From contig JBBRLY010000012.1 in assembly GCA_038231155.1 (NCBI GenBank), positions 64,645 through 128,644 of the forward strand: a stretch of 64,000 nucleotides of DNA, given 5' to 3'. A program made the position numbers and the translations under genes. This DNA is from Candidatus Saccharimonadales bacterium (GTDB lineage: Bacteria; Patescibacteriota; Saccharimonadia; Saccharimonadales; JANWIN01). Below, in pieces: positions 35,513 through 43,036 of the stretch (within the stretch, counting starts at the first letter, position 1; the number at the start of each line of letters is the position of its first letter). A model generated the notes under the pieces. It saw nothing but the letters and a program-made list of their open reading frames with translations. It ran no database searches and was not told where the DNA came from.

Positions 35513-35929
35513 ATGGCAACTAAACTAAATCCCTATCTAGGATTTAAAGATAATGCTCTTCAGGCTATGGAATTTTATAAATCAGTTTTTGGCGGCAAAC
35601 TAGACGTAAGCACTTTCAAAGAATTCCATGCTTCAAAAGATCCTAGCGAAGACAATCTTGTAATGCACTCCGTCTTAGATGCCGGTGATAATCTGACATT
35701 TATGGCATCAGATACACCTAAGCGAATGGAATATAAACCAGGCACTACAATGAGCCTGTCGCTGAGTGGTGAAGATGATGCCGAACTGAGTGGTTATTTC
35801 CAGAAATTAGCAGATGGCGGCACGGTTACAATGCCACTTGAAAAAGCCATTTGGGGCGATAAGTTCGGCATGTGTATCGATAAATTCGGCGTACAGTGGT
35901 TAGTTAACGTTACTGCGCCAAAGAAATAA
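35513..35929 (+). CDS. VOC/glyoxalase-fold protein (PhnB/YjdN-like)
   Basis: MATKLNPYLGFKDNA...EFYKSVFGG...FGVQWLVN pattern; ATG at 35513 is preceded by AGGAGGA, preferred over the track GTG at 35462. Confidence 0.7.
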   Translation: MATKLNPYLGFKDNALQAMEFYKSVFGGKLDVSTFKEFHASKDPSEDNLVMHSVLDAGDNLTFMASDTPKRMEYKPGTTMSLSLSGEDDAELSGYFQKLADGGTVTMPLEKAIWGDKFGMCIDKFGVQWLVNVTAPKK

Positions 35930-36066
35930 AATTAACTATATATAGTTCAGTTTGCGACAAATATCACACAAAATTTGTTAGATAACTAACAGCTATTCCT
36001 AGTCCTTCAGTGTGTAATGAGGACATGCTTGATTGATGTGCCCGAATCATTTTAGGCGTCAAGCAT

Positions 36067-36103
36067 AAAACCCTGCTCAGCGTGTGTTGTGAGTGGGGTT
36101 TTT
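36067..36103 (+). terminator. intrinsic terminator
   Basis: AAAACCC...GGGGTTTTTATTT hairpin plus T-run downstream of the VOC gene. Confidence 0.55.
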
Positions 36104-36342
36104 ATTTGATTATTGAAATTTTCTGATAACTAGATTCTCAACCAAAGCATTAATATTAGGTCTAACTCAAGTTCACCGCTATTGCTGCAGCTAAAAAGTA
36201 TGTTATATTAGCGTTACTAGAGAAAGCTGCTAAGTTGTCTCTTGAGACAGTTCTAGGTCTATAAATTAAGTGTTTCGTTTGAGGAGCAGCTAACAAGGTA
36301 GAAGCCAAGTTACCTCCGAGCCAGTAAAGTAAAGAGGAACAA

Positions 36343-36600
36343 ATGGCTACCAAGCTATTCGTAGGCTCAATTGCCTACAGCGTTAACGACAGCCAACTAC
36401 AAGACTTTTTTGCGTCTGTAGGTACTGTCGTATCAGCAAAAGTAATTATGGACCGTGATAGCGGCCGTTCTAAAGGCTTCGGCTTTGTAGAGATGAGCAG
36501 CGACGAAGAAGCGGCCCAAGCCGTTAAAGAACTCAACGGTAAAGATCTAGGCGGCCGTGCCCTAGTAGTCAATGAGGCTCGACCTCGCGAAGAGCGCTAA
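36343..36600 (+). CDS. RRM-type RNA-binding protein
   Basis: RNP2 KLFVGSI and RNP1 KGFGFVEM motifs, 85 aa. Confidence 0.9.
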   Translation: MATKLFVGSIAYSVNDSQLQDFFASVGTVVSAKVIMDRDSGRSKGFGFVEMSSDEEAAQAVKELNGKDLGGRALVVNEARPREER

Positions 36601-36624
36601 AGCGTCAGATTTACTAAAAACAAT

Positions 36625-36659
36625 AAACCCCACTTGCGGAGCAGTCCGCGGTGGGGTTT
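36625..36659 (+). terminator. intrinsic terminator
   Basis: AAACCCCAC..GCGGA-GCAG-TCCGC..GTGGGGTTT long hairpin followed by T-rich tract. Confidence 0.7.
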
Positions 36660-36672
36660 ATAATGTTTAGCA

Positions 36673-37551
36673 ATGCTTAGTTTTTTTCAAGCCATAATCA
36701 TTGGGCTGATACAGGGCATAACTGAATTATTCCCAATATCCAGCCTGGGCCACTCCGTACTTCTATCAGATCTTTTTGGTTGGCACAATCTGCTGAATCA
36801 GCAACAATCCAACGAATCTCTGTTTTTATCTTTTTTGGTAATATTACATCTGGCTACTGGACTAGCTCTATTTATTTTCTATCGCCGTGAATGGTTTAAA
36901 ATCATAGGTGGTTTTTTTAGTTCAATTAAAACTCGTAAAACCGAATCGTCTTATCAAAAACTTGCCTGGTTACTGATAATTGCCACCATACCGGCTGGAC
37001 TTACCGGCTTAATCTTTGAACATAGCCTCAGGCGGCAATTTGCAAAGCCAATGTTTGCGGCCGTCTTTTTAACGATCAATGGTTTAATTTTGCTTTATGG
37101 TGAGCATATCCGCCGATCCAAACATGATCGTAGTGACTTCTCACTGGAACAAACCGTCAAGAACACCACTAAGATTAGTTTTAGCCGAGCTGGATTGATT
37201 GGACTGGCTCAAGTATTTGCCTTTTTTGCCGGAATTAGCCGTTCTGGCATTACTATGGTAAGTGGTTTGGCCAGTGGTTTGGACTACGAAGACGCTGCCC
37301 GTTTCTCATTTTTACTAGCTACTCCAATAATTTTTGCCGCCGGTCTATATAAATTACCAGATTTTTTAGGGCCTTTGGCTAACGGTTTAAGACCTCAGAT
37401 TTTAGCTGGTGGTGTGGCCGCCGGAATAGCTGCCTATTTTTCAGTCAGATTTTTAGACAGATACTTTAAAAATAAAAGCCTTAGGCCGTTTGCCATCTAT
37501 TGTCTATTATTTGGACCCATAATGATTATCTATATCCTATTGAAGGGTTAA
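36673..37551 (+). CDS. uppP: undecaprenyl-diphosphate phosphatase
   Basis: N-terminal GLIQGITELFPISSLGH and later SRSG(I/A)T motifs of BacA/UppP, 8-TM profile. Confidence 0.9.
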   Translation: MLSFFQAIIIGLIQGITELFPISSLGHSVLLSDLFGWHNLLNQQQSNESLFLSFLVILHLATGLALFIFYRREWFKIIGGFFSSIKTRKTESSYQKLAWLLIIATIPAGLTGLIFEHSLRRQFAKPMFAAVFLTINGLILLYGEHIRRSKHDRSDFSLEQTVKNTTKISFSRAGLIGLAQVFAFFAGISRSGITMVSGLASGLDYEDAARFSFLLATPIIFAAGLYKLPDFLGPLANGLRPQILAGGVAAGIAAYFSVRFLDRYFKNKSLRPFAIYCLLFGPIMIIYILLKG

Positions 37552-38202
37552 ATGCAGCAAGCAATTGGCCAAAGATTAAATATTATCGCCTGGATTTTGA
37601 GCGGGTTAGTTATGGTAATCGCCTTTTTAGCCTGGGGCCAAAGCTTCAGTTGGCAATTTAGCCACTTAGATAGTTTCAGAATTTTCCCAATCCTGGGGCT
37701 GACTGCTTTTAGCTTAATGTGGGGACATTACATAATGAGTGCAGCCCGTCAGTACCTAGCTGTTCCTAAGCAAGCTTTACACAGATACTTTGAAGTAACC
37801 AGTTTAGCAGTACTAACAGCCATATTGCTGCACCCAGGACTACTTTGGTGGCAACTATGGCGCGATGGCTTAGGATTACCACCAGGTAGCTACTTAAATC
37901 ACTATGTGGCCCCTAGCCTGCGCTGGGCCGCCATACTTGGTACTATCAGCTTATTTATATTCTTAGGTTATGAATTTAGGCGACTTTTTTCTACCAGGTC
38001 CTGGTGGCACTATGTCGAGTACGCCACGGACGCCGCTATTATTGCGATTTATATCCATGCCCTAAAGCTTGGAACCCAATTGCAATCCGGTTGGTTTAAA
38101 TTAGTCTGGTGGTTTTACGGCCTAACCTTATTAATATCTCTTATCTATATTTACTATCGGCGTTTTAAAGACCAAAGACCCAAACTTCCCACACCTACCT
38201 AA
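37552..38202 (+). CDS. polytopic membrane protein, possibly ferric-reductase/MsrQ-like heme-binding domain
   Basis: Six hydrophobic helices with conserved-looking His in helices (WGHYIMS, LLHPGL, IYIHAL); ATG directly abuts the uppP stop. Confidence 0.35.
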   Translation: MQQAIGQRLNIIAWILSGLVMVIAFLAWGQSFSWQFSHLDSFRIFPILGLTAFSLMWGHYIMSAARQYLAVPKQALHRYFEVTSLAVLTAILLHPGLLWWQLWRDGLGLPPGSYLNHYVAPSLRWAAILGTISLFIFLGYEFRRLFSTRSWWHYVEYATDAAIIAIYIHALKLGTQLQSGWFKLVWWFYGLTLLISLIYIYYRRFKDQRPKLPTPT

Positions 38203-38288
38203 CAAAATCCAAACCTAAAACTTTGCTTACTTGCGCATTTACTTAAAAACCCGAATAATAATATATACAAAATTAAACGGAGAATAGC

Positions 38289-38750
38289 ATGAGTAGAACT
38301 GGTATATATACAGGGGTGGTCATAATATTAATCATTATCTTAGGGGCCATAGTACTAGCCTTAAAAGGGAATAATAAAACAACTCCTACTACGTCTACTA
38401 AAACAACTACACAAACAAACTCTACAAAATCTACGACACCAAGCTCTACCAGTCCAAGCAGCACTTCAACTCAAACAACTTCAGCCTCTACCATTACCTA
38501 TACGGATAGTGGTTTTAGCCCAGCAACTCTTACAGTAAAATCCGGGACCAAGGTCACGATTAAAAACAGTTCATCCCAAGCTATCAGCTTTAACTCTGAT
38601 CCTCACCCGGTTCACACCGATGACCCCCAGCTTAATGTCGGCGAAATTGCCGCTGGCCAAAGCAGCAGTTTCACACCTACCACCACCGGTTCGCATGGTT
38701 ATCACAATCATTTAGATCCTACCCAAAAAGGTACCCTAGTTGTAAACTAA
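38289..38750 (+). CDS. membrane-anchored cupredoxin-fold-like protein with Thr/Ser-rich linker
   Basis: FSPATLTVKSGTKVTIKNSS...HGYHNHLDP..GTLVV beta-sandwich pattern; no Cys, so not a canonical type-1 copper site. Confidence 0.45.
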   Translation: MSRTGIYTGVVIILIIILGAIVLALKGNNKTTPTTSTKTTTQTNSTKSTTPSSTSPSSTSTQTTSASTITYTDSGFSPATLTVKSGTKVTIKNSSSQAISFNSDPHPVHTDDPQLNVGEIAAGQSSSFTPTTTGSHGYHNHLDPTQKGTLVVN

Positions 38751-38754
38751 ACAG

Positions 38755-39120
38755 ATGTCAAAACCAAGCGGCGGGCAGCAAAACTATGCATCAATCCTAT
38801 TGCGTATTGGCTTAGCTGTTATTTTCGGTTATGCCGCTATCTCATCATTCAAAAACCCCCAGGACTGGATTGGCTACCTACCGCATATCCTAAGCAATCA
38901 CTTCGATAAGCATACTCTGCTGAAAATATTTTCAGTTTACGAATTAATTTTGGCTGTTTGGTTAATCAGTGGCAAATACCTAAAATACGCGGCATTATTA
39001 GCAACTTTGACCTTAGCCGGTATCGTTACCTCTAACTTTCATCTATTCGCCATAACATTTCGTGACATTGCCCTTATATTTGCAGCTCTAGCTTTGTTTA
39101 GCTTAAATTGGGATAATTAA
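38755..39120 (+). CDS. DoxX-family membrane protein
   Basis: LLRIGLAVIFGYAAISSF start and four helices, ~120 aa. Confidence 0.5.
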   Translation: MSKPSGGQQNYASILLRIGLAVIFGYAAISSFKNPQDWIGYLPHILSNHFDKHTLLKIFSVYELILAVWLISGKYLKYAALLATLTLAGIVTSNFHLFAITFRDIALIFAALALFSLNWDN

Positions 39121-39129
39121 AGCCCATAA

Positions 39130-39221
39130 GGAGAGGTGGCCGAGTCCGGTTTAAGGCGCTGCTCTCGAAAAGCAGTGTGTCAGCAATGATACCGTGGGTT
39201 CAAATCCCACCCTCTCCGCCA
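39130..39221 (+). tRNA. tRNA-Ser (anticodon CGA), CCA encoded
   Basis: Acceptor GGAGAGG/CCTCTCC, anticodon stem CTGCT/AGCAG loop CTCGAAA, long variable arm, T-loop GGTTCAAATCC. Confidence 0.9.
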
Positions 39222-39247
39222 AGCTTATTATTTACCTGTATACGAGT

Positions 39248-39424
39248 TTATCTCCTGGGCTGCGAAGTTAGGTGGTAACCGTTACAAACCGGGCATTTAT
39301 AAACACGGTATGGCTTTTTAAGCCTTCTGGCGGGATTAATTTTCTTTAGGGCAGCTTGGGCGGCTGCATCATTGGAATAACGGACTTTTTTCTTACAAGA
39401 CCTTTTTTCATTATCACTAAACAT
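39248..39424 (-). CDS. small basic zinc-ribbon-like protein (58 aa), not in ORF track
   Basis: ATG overlaps upstream stop (TAATG); MFSDNEKRSCKKKVRYSNDAAAQAALKKINPARRLKKPYRVYKCPVCNGYHLTSQPRR with C..(31)..CPVC. Confidence 0.45.
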   Translation of the reverse strand: MFSDNEKRSCKKKVRYSNDAAAQAALKKINPARRLKKPYRVYKCPVCNGYHLTSQPRR

Positions 39425-40620
39425 TAGACACTATCATAAACCATGCGAAGGTCCATATTTGTAGTTTTTTGGTTTGCTAACTTATGATCAATATCAGCTT
39501 TTTTGGCAGTTGCAGCGGTAGGTACTTTAGGCTTAGTAAAATGCTGAATCAGCCAAATAACCAAACCTATCACAGCGTAGCTGACTGCAAACCAGATGAT
39601 AACCTGTTGAATTGAACTATAGATTGAATAAATAAATTTAATAATGGTTTGTTGAAAACTACTATTAACTCCGCTACTTATAAAGCCATGTAGGTTGGTA
39701 GTTTTATGCAGTCCCCATCTGACTATTAACACGCTTATAAGTAGGATTATGGCAGTTCCTGCCAGTGAGTAGGCAATACTGCGCCAACCAGGTCGTTTAG
39801 GCTGGTACAGCCAAATAGTTAAGCCGCCACAAATAACTGCCAGTAAACCAATTACCCATGGTGAACGCTTAAACAATTTAAAGTACTTTGGAGCCTTAGA
39901 AAATTTATCAAAAACGGTTTGGCCTCGGCTATCTTTTGGCAAATTCTGGTAAGTAATGACCGGATTTTGTAAAAAATCCTTACTGCTAGATGCATCACTG
40001 ACAACTTGGGCCCTCTCAGTTGCAATATTCAAGTTGGATGGACGACAGGGCAAGTTATACCAGTAAATATCCGAACTTAATTGCCGCAGTTGACTTAGTG
40101 TACAGACCGGTAAGCTAGTTATTTTTTGAGTAGCGAATGTACCAACATCTTGGGCAAAGCTTTGTTTAGCATTAGTTAAGTCAATTGTAAAATTAGGCTG
40201 TAAGGTCTTCCCCCCTAGCCAATCGTAAGTGCCATTTATTATACTGTCACCACTGTTTTGAAGTAGCTGTGGGTTAAAAGCTTTTTTAGCAGCCGCTTGA
40301 ATGGCTGGATCATCAATTGGTAAATTGTTGGATGAATTATTAATACTGCTAGTTTGTTTGGTTTGGGCAATGGCATTATCGATGAAAGTGTTATAGATAC
40401 CGCTAGAGGCTAAAGCTTTTTCTATTTTCTGAGGCGAATGAAAAGTTAGCACTAAGCCGCTGACAAGGGCTAGAAGTAAAATAAATAATCTAAAAAGATA
40501 TGACGTCAGCCCTCGTAGAAACCTTTTTAGCAACGACATAAGGGTTATTCTACTCTTTTGGTACCCTTTATTAAATCTTCGGTTTACAATAAAAGCCATG
40601 GCTGACTCAATCTTTAGCAA
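39424..40620 (-). CDS. hypothetical membrane protein
   Basis: 398-aa ORF, N-terminal and several C-terminal hydrophobic helices. Confidence 0.55.
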   Translation of the reverse strand: MLKIESAMAFIVNRRFNKGYQKSRITLMSLLKRFLRGLTSYLFRLFILLLALVSGLVLTFHSPQKIEKALASSGIYNTFIDNAIAQTKQTSSINNSSNNLPIDDPAIQAAAKKAFNPQLLQNSGDSIINGTYDWLGGKTLQPNFTIDLTNAKQSFAQDVGTFATQKITSLPVCTLSQLRQLSSDIYWYNLPCRPSNLNIATERAQVVSDASSSKDFLQNPVITYQNLPKDSRGQTVFDKFSKAPKYFKLFKRSPWVIGLLAVICGGLTIWLYQPKRPGWRSIAYSLAGTAIILLISVLIVRWGLHKTTNLHGFISSGVNSSFQQTIIKFIYSIYSSIQQVIIWFAVSYAVIGLVIWLIQHFTKPKVPTAATAKKADIDHKLANQKTTNMDLRMVYDSV

Positions 40621-40993
40621 AATAATTAAAGGTGAAATCCCCAGTCATAAAATTTACGAAGATGACTATAGCTTTGCCTTTTTAGATATTCATCCGGTAC
40701 AACCAGGTCATACTTTAGTTGTTACCAAACGGCAAGTCCAAGAATTTACCGAGCTTAGTGATGAAGAACTAGCTCAACTAATGATTAGTGTCAAAAAGGT
40801 TGCGATTAGATTAAAACAAGCCTTCCCCGATAAGAAACGCATTGGTGTACAGATTGAAGGACTGGACGTGCCGCACGTGCATGTTAAGTTAATACCAATT
40901 AATAGCGGAGCAGAATTTAGAGCCGAGCCAGACATGAGTTCGGAACCAGATCATGTCGCCTTATCTGAAATGGCTAAGCAACTGGCTTTTTAG
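40598..40993 (+). CDS. HIT-family (histidine triad) nucleotide hydrolase
   Basis: FSKIIKGEIPSHKIYEDD start and PHVHVKLIP histidine triad. Confidence 0.9.
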   Translation: MADSIFSKIIKGEIPSHKIYEDDYSFAFLDIHPVQPGHTLVVTKRQVQEFTELSDEELAQLMISVKKVAIRLKQAFPDKKRIGVQIEGLDVPHVHVKLIPINSGAEFRAEPDMSSEPDHVALSEMAKQLAF

Positions 40994-41089
40994 TTTCGTA
41001 AAGCTGCCAAACCATTACGTAACATTGACTTTTTGTGAAGTCCTTTACTACGGCCCGTCAAGTATAAGTGATTAATAATACTAGCGATG

Positions 41090-41725
41090 CTATTCAATAT
41101 CCCTAACTTTGAGCGGCGGCTCTCTTCTTGTCCCATCAGGATTTGAATAAGGACTTTGCCATAACTCGCCAGCATCACCTTCAATTCTAATAACTTCCGA
41201 TATTTGTGAAAGTGCAATCCTTTCATCAAATTCATGACCTCTGTCCTGTAAATTAAATATCGATCCAGGATGAGGCATCCTAGCTTCAGGGTAGAAAAAG
41301 ATTCCGGAACTAACGGTAGAAAACGCCCCTTGCGGTAATCGCATTTTGTATAAAGGTTTACCTTCTGCTTCTCCTACTTCTGTTAGAACTGGACTAAACA
41401 TAGTTACTGGTTTAGACTTTAGCCACTCCTCAATCCTATTCCGAGCCGAACTTCTTACCAATGCTGTTAAGCCAACTGCCATACTTACTTTGTCATTATG
41501 CAATCCTTCGTTTCTGTCTTTTTCGTACTTGGCAATTGCCCTAGCCTTTTGTCTTTTAGCAACAGAATCAACTTGATTAGGCTTTAGGTCGTCTTCATCT
41601 GAACCAATGAATCTGTTTAAATCTTTATGGGCTCTATCAAAAGCTAGCTCACCTATATCTTTTGCAAGTTTTTGGGTCCGTTTTGCTACAGCCTCATTAC
41701 CACCAAGCATTTCGATACTTGCCAT
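41090..41725 (-). CDS. hypothetical protein
   Basis: 211-aa ORF, no motif recognised. Confidence 0.5.
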   Translation of the reverse strand: MASIEMLGGNEAVAKRTQKLAKDIGELAFDRAHKDLNRFIGSDEDDLKPNQVDSVAKRQKARAIAKYEKDRNEGLHNDKVSMAVGLTALVRSSARNRIEEWLKSKPVTMFSPVLTEVGEAEGKPLYKMRLPQGAFSTVSSGIFFYPEARMPHPGSIFNLQDRGHEFDERIALSQISEVIRIEGDAGELWQSPYSNPDGTRREPPLKVRDIE

Positions 41726-41866
41726 AAATCAACTCCTTAATTTAGAGCGACTTTAGTACTATTGTCTTTCATTTGCAAGCGTAGGCTTTTTGATTACAAA
41801 ATAATTTTACATCTGTTCTGCTATAGTCTGCCGCAGTAGATTATTTAACTCTGATAGAATAAACTT

Positions 41867-42046
41867 ATGTCTAACTTTGTAATTTCCCTGCTCCTAGCAG
41901 CTGGAATAACCGGTTGGCTTTACTCCAAATTAGCTCGCCGCAGTGGTGAGGGTAATGCTAGTCGCGTGGTCATCGGTACCGCCGTAGCCAGCATAGGTCT
42001 ATTCATAGTTATATATTTAACGCTTAGCGTTGTTTTAAAAAAATAA
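41867..42046 (+). CDS. small two-TM membrane protein (59 aa), not in ORF track
   Basis: MSNFVISLLLAAGITGWLY...VIGTAVASIGLFIVIYLTLSVVLKK; read by hand. Confidence 0.4.
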   Translation: MSNFVISLLLAAGITGWLYSKLARRSGEGNASRVVIGTAVASIGLFIVIYLTLSVVLKK

Positions 42047-42088
42047 GCCACTATTTAGCTACCAATATCTCGTAAATTAATCTGTAAA

Positions 42089-43036
42089 TTGGTATTATAT
42101 GGCTATATGGAATTAAATGGGGTGGATCCCGTCACAACTCAGACGGACTATAAAACAGTGAGTCCAAATGACGCTGAAGAAAAAGATTTAGCCAGACGCC
42201 TGCAAAAAGCCCGCAAACAAGCCGGACTAACCCAGCAACAACTTTGTCAAAAAGCCAGTCTTAGTTATTCAACTCTGGCTAAGATTGAGCGTGGGGCCAT
42301 CAAAGCACCATCAATCTTTACGATTAAACGGATAGCCGCGGTACTCGGTATATCATTAGACGAGTTAACTGGTGCAACAACAGCAGTCCCTGAAGTAGCT
42401 ACCGCCAAACTGCAGTCCAAAAGTGGTGTTAAGTTTGTCTTTTTCGATATTAACGGTTGCTTGGTACGGTTTTTCCCTAGGGCCTTTACAAAACTAGCCG
42501 AAGACAGTGGTATCCCAGCTGATGTTATTGAAACGGCCTTTTGGCATTACAACGACCTGGTCTGCAAGGGTGAAATGAGCTTAGAAGATTTTAACCAGAA
42601 ACTGGCTGAACATCTTAAGCTAAGTCATGTCGACTGGCAGAAGTATTACATGGAGGCGGTTGACCCGATTCCGCAAATGCACGAACTGCTGCGCTGGGCC
42701 TCAGAACGTTACCATGTCGGACTGCTCAGCAACATTATGCCCGGTTTTATAGAGATTATGCGATCTCGAGGGCTGATACCGGACATTCCTTACAGTGCCA
42801 TAATAGATTCATCGCAAATAGGTGCCATCAAACCAGAACCCAGAGCTTATGAAATTGCCCAACAACAGACCAACTGTCAACCGGCCGAGATACTATTAGT
42901 TGACGATAGCAATGCCAACATAATTGAGGCTGAAAAATTAGGTTGGCATGTTATTTGGTTTGATGATTACCGGCCCGGAGAGTCGGCTCAGCATGTCCGG
43001 GCGGCTCTTCAACCGGCCGATCAACCTATTAGCTAA
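42089..43036 (+). CDS. fusion of XRE-type HTH domain and HAD-superfamily hydrolase
   Basis: GLTQQQLCQKASLSYSTLAKIERG HTH, then FFDINGCL (motif I-like), LLSN, and LLVDDS (motif IV) of HAD. Confidence 0.7.
   Translation: MVLYGYMELNGVDPVTTQTDYKTVSPNDAEEKDLARRLQKARKQAGLTQQQLCQKASLSYSTLAKIERGAIKAPSIFTIKRIAAVLGISLDELTGATTAVPEVATAKLQSKSGVKFVFFDINGCLVRFFPRAFTKLAEDSGIPADVIETAFWHYNDLVCKGEMSLEDFNQKLAEHLKLSHVDWQKYYMEAVDPIPQMHELLRWASERYHVGLLSNIMPGFIEIMRSRGLIPDIPYSAIIDSSQIGAIKPEPRAYEIAQQQTNCQPAEILLVDDSNANIIEAEKLGWHVIWFDDYRPGESAQHVRAALQPADQPIS

Noticed and set aside
36162-36353. Minus-strand ORF 36162-36353
   Set aside because: It lies antisense in the leader of the RRM protein gene and overlaps its start, with no motif support. 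The 410-bp leader itself was inspected, and only a small GTCTC-TT-GAGAC palindrome was noted.
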